Shown here piece after piece: positions 54,301-64,000 of a stretch of 64,000 nt of DNA. The notes beneath the pieces are model-generated. The model ran no database searches. It was not told where the DNA came from and was given only the letters and a program-made list of their open reading frames with translations. The DNA is from Botryllus schlosseri (lineage: Eukaryota), in the NCBI GenBank assembly GCA_051294905.1, contig CM119381.1, positions 17,174,001 to 17,238,000 on the forward strand. Direction: 5' to 3'. Position 1 is the stretch's first letter, and each line of letters opens with the position of its first letter. The position numbers were made by a program, and so were the translations under genes.

Positions 54301-57300
54301 AAGTTTCAAAACAGCAGAGAACACACGCCCTTTGCACCAACACCGTAGCAGAGATAAAGGGTGATTAACAGGGAGACAACAACCATGATAACACAGTAGA
54401 AAAACGCGTACAGTATTCGTTGTCGGCTCGGAATGATCGATACGACCTTAGAGGTCAACCAGACTGACCGAACAACTACACCGTCCCTACATGATACGAT
54501 TGTACAAAATGTTACTCAAAATGAAATTGCAAACAATGTCAGGCCCGACTAGGGTAACAGTGTTAATATGACGATCGTAACCAATCGTAAGGAGATTCAA
54601 AACAAGTCGTGCAAAGTTACGCATGTAATTGGAAAGGACTTGGGACATTTCTGTCAATTCGTGGTCACAACACTGTCACAAAGTGCAATGAAACAGGTAT
54701 GGCGTAAGAAATAGCCTATCAAATTATCTTTATGCAGTGTAGAAGTGGTGTTATTTTCTTTGGGGTCGCATGAAAGGTGCATAACTTAACTGCCCACTTC
54801 ATTCATTTCATACTCTTACGATTTCATAATGAATGATTCTTGAATACTAGATTTGGAATCAAATCCCTACAGTACTCACTATACAGTAACAGCTTAATAT
54901 AAATACCGTAAAGAGTTCACTTCCCCCAACCCCAACGAATTCAAATCCTCACCTCAGCGCGGTCCACGGCACCGTTCTGATTGGAGTCAAGCTTGCGCCG
55001 AGAATTTTCACCTGGTACGATACTTCTTCCGGCTCCAAGTGTTTGGCTTTGACAAACCTACACAGATTTCTCGTTGAGACAAAATACAAAGACATGCTCA
55101 CAGCAGTAACCGGTACTTGGAAAGCGGTTTGTTGTCGTCATCCTCATCGTCATCGGAAGAAGCCTCTCCGTTGGCATGACCGTTCATGCCACCATCTGGA
55201 ATCGGCTTGATCGGGAAAACGTCCAAAACCCGGCAGCTTTCGTATCTGTGAATATCCATGCCAACGAAAAAATCAGATTCGTCAAGTCCAGGAGTCATTT
55301 ACCCGTATTGGATTCGGTCTCAAGTTCTCGAACAAAACAAATGTACCGCTTCGTAGTTTTTAGCAGTCAGACAAAACGACTAGAAAGTCTGGTCGCTTAG
55401 CCGTGTAATCCAGGGTCTACTTCTACTTATACACGACAATTTTAAGCAAAACTAGATCTAGAATATTGATTTTTTTACTCGGAAATAACCAACTACTTGT
55501 ATCTGAGTAGAAGTTCATGATGTCGCTTTTACTTCTACTTTTCAACAATGGCTCCCTTGAGATTCATTCATATCGAATCCCGCAACTGTGACTGCCACAA
55601 ATCAAGAAGTGTTACTCATGATCGGACTTCTAACAGGCTTAAAATGTCCCATCCTTGATTCTGACCAGGTGCAAGTGCGACGAAACGTATACAACTTACG
55701 CATACAGCGTATGCATACAAAAATTAGTCATGTGCGTACACTTTTTCAACAAAATTGGAAAACCAAAAACTGTCAAGCGTTCTGCTACGGAATGTCGTGT
55801 ATATTGCATATAGACCACCTCTCCAGACACACTTACTTATTTGATTTGACCCTGACTTCTAGCTGTTCCCCGATGAAGTAGCGTTTTTTGATGAACGAAA
55901 ATATGGCGTCATTCAGCGCTTCAATTCTCGACAGACTCATCAACTTTGCCAGCAGAAGCATCGGTTTCTGAAAAGATCAGTTTCTGAAAACTATACGATG
56001 ACAAGCTAAGGGGGACTACAAAATTATAAGCTTTACATTTCAAATAAAATATGAACAAATTCTCTTGGTGAAAGAGCAGTAAACCACAGTCTTTTCACTA
56101 TCAAGATGGGCTTTTAGAAGTACAGAACTTCAATATCGCAACAAACAATATGTTCACACTGTCAAATTTATTCCACTCAAAGCTTTTCGACTGACTCTCA
56201 TCAAGAGCGAATGTCAGTACATGCGGTAGACCAAATTTAAAATATTGAAACAATTTTGTGACTGTGACGTGACAATATTTCAAATGTTAAATATCTTGCC
56301 TGTAAATCCTTGGGAAACTTCGCCAATTTCTTTCTAGCATTCTCCTCATGATCCAATGCCTCTTGGTAAGTCATGTTACCCCGTTCGGTAATTGCGCAGC
56401 TCCACACCAGGCTGTTGCATAATATCGTCCTCTCGAAGAATTGTCTAAAAATAAAGCAAACATACCATCTTGAAACACAAAAAATGTAGCAGGCCTACTT
56501 ATAACACAGCATAAAAAAATATGTTTTTTCGCTGATGAGATTTAAATAGGTATTCTCTATTAGTTTTTTTGAATTCTCTAAATGATTTATAAAGCTGATA
56601 GCTGCATTTTACTACAGCATCCATTCAAATATAGGATATATCAGTGGTCGGGAACCTTTTTCGTCCAAAGAGCCATATTGACCCTATATTTTCCATTTGA
56701 ACTCCCAAAGAGCCATATATGTCAATCAACTATTACATCACAACTGAAGAATAGTGATGTCATAATAGCGAAAATTCGAAATCACTCCATGGGATTCGTC
56801 GTTTGCAACGTATTTCTCTGTAAAAACTCGTACTTATCATGCAGGTGGCCTTTATTCGAGTATTGAGTATGCAAAACTTGAGTTACATAGATATTTTGCA
56901 AGTTAAGTATTTTTAATTGTATTGCACTGAGAGGCATATCATATGTTTCGAAGCTTAATACAATTACCATTTAGATTTCCAACAGACGTAAACAACAGTA
57001 ACAGTAAAAGTATGAATCTAATTTTACTCGGTTTTACAGTTAATGCGTCTTTTGGTGTTGCATGGCATTCCTGATGACTTTGCAGTGTTGTTGATAATAA
57101 TTGTTAAGGTTAATCTTCATACAAAATTTGAGAATTTCTTCAGTCATGCGAGATCGTAAGTTCATCTTGATGCTTATCTTAAATGTGAGGACCCATGATT
57201 CGTAGGTGGAGCCAAAGATGGTCACTATGCAGCAGTGTACAGTACCCACTGTAATGTGTGATGTGTCAGTGTCGTGGGTCAGGGGAGGCAGGTGACGCAG

Positions 57301-58072
57301 TGCCTCACATGTCTACTAAACGCGACAGCAACTTAAATTTGAGTATTTTGAAAAGGAGATCCGACCCCTTAACCCCGAATACGCCACTGTATTAACCTAT
57401 CGAAGACATGTTTATACTTTCACAAGAATAATTACACTGGTCGTGCTGAAGATTTAATAACAAGTTGCTGCAAGATAGATTAATTATACACAAAAATAAA
57501 AATTTCGCAAAGAGCCATATCTTATGCCCAAAAGAGCCATATATGGCTCGTGAGCCATAGGTTCCCGACCACTGGGATATATAATATAGTATAACATAGT
57601 ATAGAAATAAGGGAGTTGATAAAGGTAGCAATCACTCAAGCTTCATATTATTAGGATCATAAAACTTGCAGAACCCCCCACACAATATACAAGTGATAAT
57701 GACATTCACTCCTTTATTTCATAACATCTCCGATTCATACAAACTATGAATTCGCTTTTCATTCAAGAAGTCACAAGAGGTTCATGAACAAATCACTATC
57801 ACTTTGTGTATGGGCGCAGGCACAGCATCAGATAAGCCGCAACTTCTCAAGCTCTATCAATAGTGGATGTAATGTCATTATCAAACCGTCGCAAGGTATG
57901 ACAGACTGATCCAGGACATACAAGATGGAGCAACGGAGATCATGTTATGTGTTACTTACTCATAGTTGGTGAAGACTTCTTTAGTCAGTGGACAGAAGAA
58001 CACTTCATCGTTGGGTGAACTAATCTTTGGCGGCAGATTGGCAACGAACGGTTTTCGGTGCAGAAGAGGCAT
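27340..58072 (-). CDS. BAZ1A: Bromodomain adjacent to zinc finger 1A (ACF1), ~32 exons
   Basis: Exon 1 (58072-57960) MPLLHRKPFV; WAC FFERTILCNSLVWSC (~56440); DDT LFGDVLSLMEF (~46540); WHIM [83 protein letters not shown]; bromodomain WPFVMPV..VPDYYEVISRPMD..FSNCLLYN; stop at 27340-27342. Most exon joins checked by eye were phase-consistent. Confidence 0.96.
28964..29708. mobile_element. hAT MITE (GAGTC-repeat family, CAGTGTTGGGA TIR)
   Basis: TIR CAGTGTTGGGA / TCCCAACACTG; flanks GTAAATTC / GTGGATTC (6/8); highly similar to 33218-34002. Confidence 0.85.
32115..32835. mobile_element. hAT MITE
   Basis: TIR CAGTGGTTCCCAACC / GGTTGAGAACCACTG with a perfect 8-bp TSD CGCTAAAC. Confidence 0.9.
33218..34002. 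mobile_element. hAT MITE (GAGTC-repeat family)
   Basis: TIR CAGTGTTGGGAT / ATCCCAACACTG with a perfect 8-bp TSD TATCACGG. Confidence 0.92.
35567..35599 (-). ncRNA. Minimal type I hammerhead ribozyme motif, second copy, within a PLE pLTR remnant (~35540-35670)
   Basis: Minus strand ACCC-CUGACGA-GUGUCAGCC-GAAA-UAUU-C-GGGU; flanks homologous to 9075-9215. Confidence 0.55.
36927..38537. mobile_element. hAT-type foldback element, 1611 bp, ~720-bp inverted arms
   Basis: Termini TAGGGTTGTCC / GGACAACCCTA; perfect 8-bp TSD ATTAGCAC (36919-36926, 38538-38545); arms ~36927-37645 and ~37812-38537 are reverse complements. Confidence 0.93.
44306..44527. mobile_element. Short hAT MITE
   Basis: CAGCGGTTCCCAA / TTAGAAACCACCG termini; flanks TACGAAAA / TTCTAAAA (6/8). 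Confidence 0.6.
45500..46050 (+). mobile_element. Highly decayed LINE reverse-transcriptase remnant
   Basis: Frameshifted pieces IIYT..LPDEVKS..VKIF and HNRINKARS resemble CR1-type YINDLP..(F)ADD and HI..I.KA motifs; many stops. Confidence 0.35.
48211..52516 (+). CDS. Signal-peptide-bearing leucine-rich-repeat protein (~25 LRRs), ~13 exons, nested in BAZ1A intron 7; 3' end uncertain
   Basis: Exon 1 (48211-48284) MLPFTISFIQVILHGALG is signal-peptide-like. Further phase-consistent GT-AG exons at 48419-48563, ~48659, ~48881, ~49354, ~49739, ~49935, ~50345, ~50528, ~50735, ~51439, 51641-52308, ~52379 encode LxxLxLxxNxLxxLPxxLF repeats, with an internal Cys cap (CTTFPCIW..MDCSNRGL). Confidence 0.85.
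56642..57574 (-). mobile_element. Charlie-type hAT deletion derivative with a transposase C-terminal remnant
   Basis: TIR CAGTGGTCGGGAACCT / AGGTTCCCGACCACTG; perfect 8-bp TSD GGATATAT; GAGCCATAT subterminal repeats; ORF 57040-57249 FGSTY..IK..LRSRMTEE.L..C.K..L..Y...Q.Q.TH matches the hAT dimerization tail. Confidence 0.92.
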
Positions 58073-58476
58073 TTTTCACAACAAAATATCAAGAAGCGTT
58101 GGAATATCGGCTGCTCGATCAAATTTAGACCATCCAATTCAACATTGCAACATCCAACTAAGAATATGTTAGGTCAGTCAAATTTTCAGACCTGAACAAG
58201 AGGTCTTCAATCGAGTTACAATGATTTCCCCGTGTCATACCATATATATAAAAGCTTCAGAGATTTGAAGCTTTCGAATGACTCTATCAAGCCGCAACAG
58301 CTTAGTACGCTACTCTTAGTATTCTGCAGAACCTTGGGATGGGATGGAAGATGACGATTTTGGGATGGGATGAAAGATTACCTTACTATTGCTGGACTTT
58401 TGACAGAGGAATCTGATGCAATAGGCCCACTGTGCAAGTTTTGCGGGTTTGAGCTTTCCAAAATTATGCAAGTGAA

Positions 58477-59779
58477 GGGCATCCCTAAAGGACGGAGAAG
58501 CGGAGGCAACGGAGACAGTGGAGGAAGCAGAGAACGGTCCCTAAAACGCGGAAACAACGGGGACAGCCGACAGAGACAAAAATGCCGATTCCTAAAAGTC
58601 GGAGATAGCGGAGAGCGGAGCTTTTGGTCATTGACCTTTATAGACACGCGCATACGCAACTCTGAAACGTTTAGACGGCGGAACATGTAAACTTTCGAGC
58701 TAAATAAGAATTAAAAGGCATTATATGAAGCTGAGATCACAATCTATGTAAGCGAATAGAATAACGGAAACGTCAGCCATTCGAGTTCAAGGGATGATAT
58801 AGCAGACGATTATAATATACTGAAAACGGAGTTTGGGGCGTAGCGAAATATATTTCGAAACAGCGGAGAATAACGAAAAAGTCAGCCATGCGAGTTTCAT
58901 CCCATGATGCGGACGAATGCTTATGCTGTCGAAAAATTAATACCTCCTGAGATGCATCATTATGAATCAAACACATTTCGCATATCTTTAATTTGCAGCT
59001 TTTGTCAGTCCATGTGTACGAATTACGATCATTTTCACAAGTAGGCTACTTACTTGAGTAGATTTAAATTCGTCAGTCAATTCTACTTCTACTTGAAGTG
59101 GTTTCAGGATTCTTTAAAAAAAGGTACTTCTACTTGTACTTGAGTAGATTTTTTTCATCGCTACTTCTACTTGAGTAGCTTTCTTGACTACTTTGACCAC
59201 TTCTGGTAATATATCACTGACTTTTCCATTATTCTCCGCTGTTTCGAAATATGTTTCGCTGCTCCCCGAACTCCGCTTTCAGTATCCGTTCGCTATGTCA
59301 TCTCATCGATGGGCAATCAGTCACCAAATTGGCCTCGAACAGGCATCACTGACTTTTCAGTTATTATCCGCTGTTTTGAAATATATTCCGCTACACCTCG
59401 AACTCCGCTTTCAGTATATTATAACCGTCCGCTATGTCATCCCATGAACTCGGATAGCTGACTTTTCCGTTATTCTATTCGCTTACATAGATTCTGATCT
59501 TAGCTTCGTATGTTGCCATTCAATTCTTCTGTAGCTCGACAGTTTATACACAGTAGCTCAGTGCTTCCGCTGTCTACACGTTTTAGAGTTGCGTATGCGC
59601 GTGTCTATAAAGGTCAATGACCGAAAGCTCCGCTCTCCGCTTCCTCCGCTATCTCCGTCTTTTAGGAATTGGCATTTTAGCTCTCTTCGCTGTCTCCGTT
59701 GTTTGCGCGTTTTAGGGTCCGTTTTTCGCTTCCTCCGCTGTCTCCGTTGCCACCGCTTCTCCGTCTTCTAGGGATGCCC
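58477..59779. mobile_element. Mutator/Foldback-like non-autonomous element, ~400-bp inverted arms, with a nested TACTTGAGTA-repeat MITE fragment (~59040-59200)
   Basis: Termini GGGCATCCCTA / TAGGGATGCCC; 9-bp flanks GCAAGTGAA / GCAAGTAAA (8/9); CTCCGC-rich arms. Confidence 0.85.
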
Positions 59780-62136
59780 GCAAGTAAACCCAGTCTCCTT
59801 TATATTCCCAAAGCAATATAATCTGGTAATTGCTCAATTGAGCGGAAATCATATCAGTTGCTATAGGGCCCGACGACTTTATATTCAGTCAATCTGACAT
59901 CAAAACACATCGCCATTCCTGATTTAGGTATCAAAGTGTAGTGTAGTGTCAAGTAGCGCCTGTTGGTGGCATTTGTTCATGACTATAGCACAATCGTCGG
60001 CCCACTTCATATTGCTAAATCGATCTTCCGTTGTCAGATAGCCAAGGCTACGCTGGCTACCTCATTTAGGCTATAGCCTATTATTTTCACTTTCCATTCT
60101 CGAGCAACTGGTTGGAGATGACTTCAGGCTGAAATGAAAACTAGTGGCCCTATACAATATGATTATTGTCGTGATATATGTTATGTGCTACATTACCCTT
60201 CCTAACATGGAACGATTGGAAAATGACCCTCATCCATGCTAACCATATTTTTAATATCTGTAAATTCATGACACAGGAACGTTTCTATGCCAAGATAGTT
60301 AACCCGGCGACCAGCCGACCACCAGCACAACTGATAGACGCGCAGAGAGGCCTTATACTGAAGACATGGAGAGCGGAGTAAATTTTATTCTACCGTACAT
60401 GCAAATATTTTTAATGAAATTCGGCCTGCAAAGCCCATATCATTGCAACGCACGTCCATAATATGATTAATACATCCAACTTCTCGAAAGCGACACGCTC
60501 GCGCTCCGCCATTTTAGATACGGCACGATTCGTGACGGCGCGGTTCTGACAAAAGCTAAAGATTCCGTATGAGGAAGCCCGAAACGATGACCCCTGCAAC
60601 TATACATGATGGTTCCTGTAGAATTCAAGTACTATTCAACCTCAAAATTATTGTAACACGTTAATCGATTTCGGGTGGTCATTCTAATTGAATAATAAAA
60701 CCGATTTCGCTGATAGAAATACCAAAATCTTCAGGTTCAAAGATACGCTTCAAAATAACGCGCGAAACACGCTGAGCGAAAATCTCTTCAGCAGAACAGA
60801 TGACTTGAGATGAATAGCAGCATGCAGACTATCCGGAAGATGGCGTTATGCGCGTCAGAATTGACATTTCATCATCACGAAAGCGGGAACGTTACCACAA
60901 CTTTTATATATAAAGGCAAATATACGGACTTGAGTCATTTATATCTAAAGCATGAAATATTTTCTGTATTACGCCTTCACAGGTCCCATTTATTCATTCT
61001 TTTGCTATCATCCAGCCGTGGGAGGAACGACGAAATGGAATACATCGATAAAAAATACGGTACTACATATATAAAAGGGACACTGCGCTCTAAATATCAT
61101 GTGGTTCAAATCGAACATCGTAGTGTGAAAAAATATTTTAGCACCAACCATTTCGCCCAGAAAGCCACCGTATGAAAACAACAGGAAAAAGATTTTCACG
61201 AGTGTACTTTGCACTCTAGCTTATATCTCTGTGGTACCGAGGTCACAACTGACACGGTAACCATTTGCGGAATTTCTGATACGCATTCTGATACTCACCG
61301 TTGTTCCTGCTCCACGCTATGGAACTAAATTTTAGATAATTGATAGCCGATATTATTAATGAAGGCTAATTTACCTACAACGCGGTGGTTAAGATATGGT
61401 AAGTAGAGCAATCGTAGGCTACGGAAGTGAAGACAATAGACGGATTTTTAAACAAGCCTCACACACAAATATCCTATACCACCTGGCGAGATGTTGTGCG
61501 TTTAGCGTCGATACGTACCGGACACCCGTGCTACCATCACTATACCATCGTCGTACGCAAGACCATTGCGTTTGTAAAGGCTATGGTAAACACACTTCCT
61601 TCATAATTTCGGCTGGCAACTATCCAATATCCCTGCTTGATGGCGTCGAGAAATGCAATAGTGTAGTATTATGTAACAGAAATTTCGCAAGGTAGAGACT
61701 CCTGCCCTATATATACCGAGTTAACCCAGGGTGGCAAGTAACACTCGTAAATATCTTTTAGCTGCAGTTTCAACGCAGTAAAAATCGTTGAGCAGTGCCA
61801 GATTGTCAAATTTCTGCCAAAGACGATATACACTACAGCCTATAGAATAATGCTGGATTTCTGTATGACTTGCTGTACGTGTGATGTTAAGATTGAACTT
61901 ATGCTATATTTTATTGCGGAAAGAATCTCAGCTGTCTATCAGTCCACCCATATAGATCTGCGGATCAATACTAGGCTACGTCCAGTAGACAACACGATAT
62001 CAAGAAAACATCAGATCGTTGAAGTCTGAACACTTATATATTGCATATTTTGAATTGATTTAGATGAGCTGACGCGTTGATTGAAAATTCTCGACACAGT
62101 GAATATCATCTGAAACTATATCTGTTAGCTGGATTA

Positions 62137-63335
62137 TTAAGCAAACGCCATCTTCTTTATTTCTTCGTTCCAGAATCTCATTTTATCTTCACGGTACGCC
62201 GTTGGTTGTGCTTTGAAACTGTCTCCAACCCTGAGATAGTTTGGATATCTCGACCAATTGAGTTCCTTCTCAGGAGACCTGACGATATATGAGAAGTTTA
62301 TAATGAACATTATATGATTCAAATTCGATACAAATATATAAGTAACGTAGGTTAGTTATCTATAACAATAAGACGTTCGATAGGCCGAACCGATTAGCGA
62401 TACTGGTTTAGGTTGATCACTTTTTGTAACAGAACCGTCTGGAAAATTTCACGGTTTTGTTAACCGGCTGACAAAAATTCAAATCCGACCACTGGAAAGG
62501 GCTAAAACAGGCCAAGTTCATCAATTGACTTACCCGACTTTAGCAAAATGCGCGATTAGATGCATGTATTTCCTGCTAATTTCTTCCTCCGTTTTCGTGA
62601 AGCTCATCGCCGGATTTTCTCCCCCAGTATATTCGGTAACAAAGGGGAAGCCGAAGACGTAAGGGATGTCGTCTGCGTGATCAGCCGATCTGAAGTTATA
62701 TTGGCGGGGATATTGTTCCGGCATCGCGTCGTACATCGATGGTTTCATGTCGAATTCCAAGAAGTAGGCTCTTCCGCCGCTTTCTGTGCGGGGCAAGTGA
62801 TGATTTAACGATGATTTAAAGAATTTTCGGTACAAACGAACTTGTTCTACAGAATAATACGTAACGTTGTAATTGAATGGCCGACATTATGTTGTTCGAA
62901 GCAAAGCCACGCGGTGACACCCAGGGGCGAAAAAAGCCTTGCTAATGTTCAAATTTCAGGCCGCCAGTCAATAAAATCAATATATATGCTGCACATGCAC
63001 ATGTTGCATTTAGATTCGGTATGCAATACACGGTATACTGTATAACTAGTATACTGCATACACAAGTTGGAGCATACAATTACAAGTAAAAATATTTCGC
63101 ATGTATCACCGACCTTCAACCTTCTTGGCAAATCTTGCGGCTTTGGAAGTGAAATAGGAGTCGGCGAACGCTTGTAAGAATACCCTAAATCGAGTTTCAC
63201 TGGAATCGCAGTTCGACTCGTTCGTGTACCGTTTGAAAACCATTTCGGCCATTTCGTCTGTCTTACTGTCGGGGTACAGGCTGTACAGAAGATGCACCAT
63301 TGCTTGTTGTAATTCTTGCGTAGTTGAGTTGGGTC
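62137..63335 (-). CDS. Type-B carboxylesterase/cholinesterase family, last three exons; gene continues beyond the window
   Basis: Exons 63335-63114, 62783-62534, 62278-62137 join in phase. Motifs FADSYF..AARFA, AYFLEF, ADHADDIPYVFGFPF (catalytic His motif), E..ISRKYM..IAHFAK.G.P, W..Y..YLR, KMRFW. No C-terminal TM, so not neuroligin-like. Confidence 0.88.
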
Positions 63336-63774
63336 CTTTGAAACATATTATTTCTGTGAGAAAGTGGCGGAGGAAAACACACACTTATGCAGTGGTAACA
63401 GACCGAGACAGTCATTAAAATAACAATTGATACTATATTTCGGTGACGAGAATCCTACGCTTCATGTCACACACAGCGTTGCTTGATACCGTCCTTATTT
63501 GTAAGATTTGTCCTTATTTTGAAGAGCGGTGTCTTATAAAAGATTTGTCTTTACTTTTGACTTGTGTCCTATACTGGCCGTGATTGTGACTGGAAGAACG
63601 CGGTGACCTTTTTCAGTCATCAGCTTACAAATTTACGGGTTCAATTAGGATTGTTCAAAAATGACTTTTTATTCTGGATCCTAAAGATTCACTGATTAAA
63701 TTGTTAGGTTGCCTTACAAAAACGCAACACACCAAATTTGGCTCAATTCCTACCAGTAGAAGCCGACTAAGAAC

Positions 63775-63875
63775 TAGCGTTGGAACCACGGGAAATCCCG
63801 ATCCCGGGATCCCGGGATTTGAAGCAATCCCGAACCCGGGATTACTCCCAATGAAATCCCGGAATTTGTAAAGAG
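63775..63875. repeat. ATCCCGGGA-repeat cluster, probable hAT MITE end
   Basis: Five degenerate ATCCCG(G)GA units after a TAG(C)GTTGG terminus-like motif. Confidence 0.45.
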
Positions 63876-64000
63876 CATTTTCCAAGGCTTACGTAGCGAC
63901 ATATCTCTTATCTTGGTAATAAAGCAATGTCACAAACTCTGCTGATTGCCTAAAACAATTCACAATTATTTGATATTAAAGCCAGCTATGGCATAACAAT

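Noticed and set aside
58370-59771. ORFs 58370-58690, 58378-58686 and 59589-59771 as genes
   Set aside because: They lie in the low-complexity inverted arms of the foldback element and mirror each other.
59930-60360. RT-like motifs KWADD and NYLGI as a retroelement
   Set aside because: The motifs occur in the wrong order on the minus strand and there is no other RT support.
1-64000. tRNA, rRNA or SL RNA genes
   Set aside because: No cloverleaf with A/B boxes, rRNA-like segment or known tunicate SL exon recognised by eye; tRNAscan-SE/Infernal would be needed to exclude them.

Overview
Eukaryotic, AT-rich, gene-dense, intron-containing DNA. An ascidian tunicate is inferred from chordate-like proteins, short introns, intronless housekeeping genes preceded by splice acceptors, and operon-like spacing. 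Left to right: a 5'-partial ENGase paralog and a PIGP pseudogene (a tandem duplicate of the next unit); a full ENGase (GH85, 6 exons); an intact 4-exon PIGP missed by the ORF track; intronless ATP5F1D and ELP6 as a candidate operon; NCAPH (11 exons) head-to-head with an intronless sororin/CDCA5-like gene; BAZ1A/ACF1 (~32 exons, 27.3-58.1 kb, two GC-AG introns) with a ~25-repeat LRR gene nested antisense in intron 7; and the 3' exons of a type-B carboxylesterase. Introns carry many hAT MITEs (several with perfect 8-bp TSDs), two long foldback elements, and LINE and Penelope-like remnants. The best non-obvious signal is a Penelope-derived minimal hammerhead-ribozyme motif in sense orientation between PIGP and ENGase, where the ancestral poly(A) signal is missing, with further copies in BAZ1A introns. 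All gene models were assembled by eye; coordinates marked ~ are approximate and no database searches were run.
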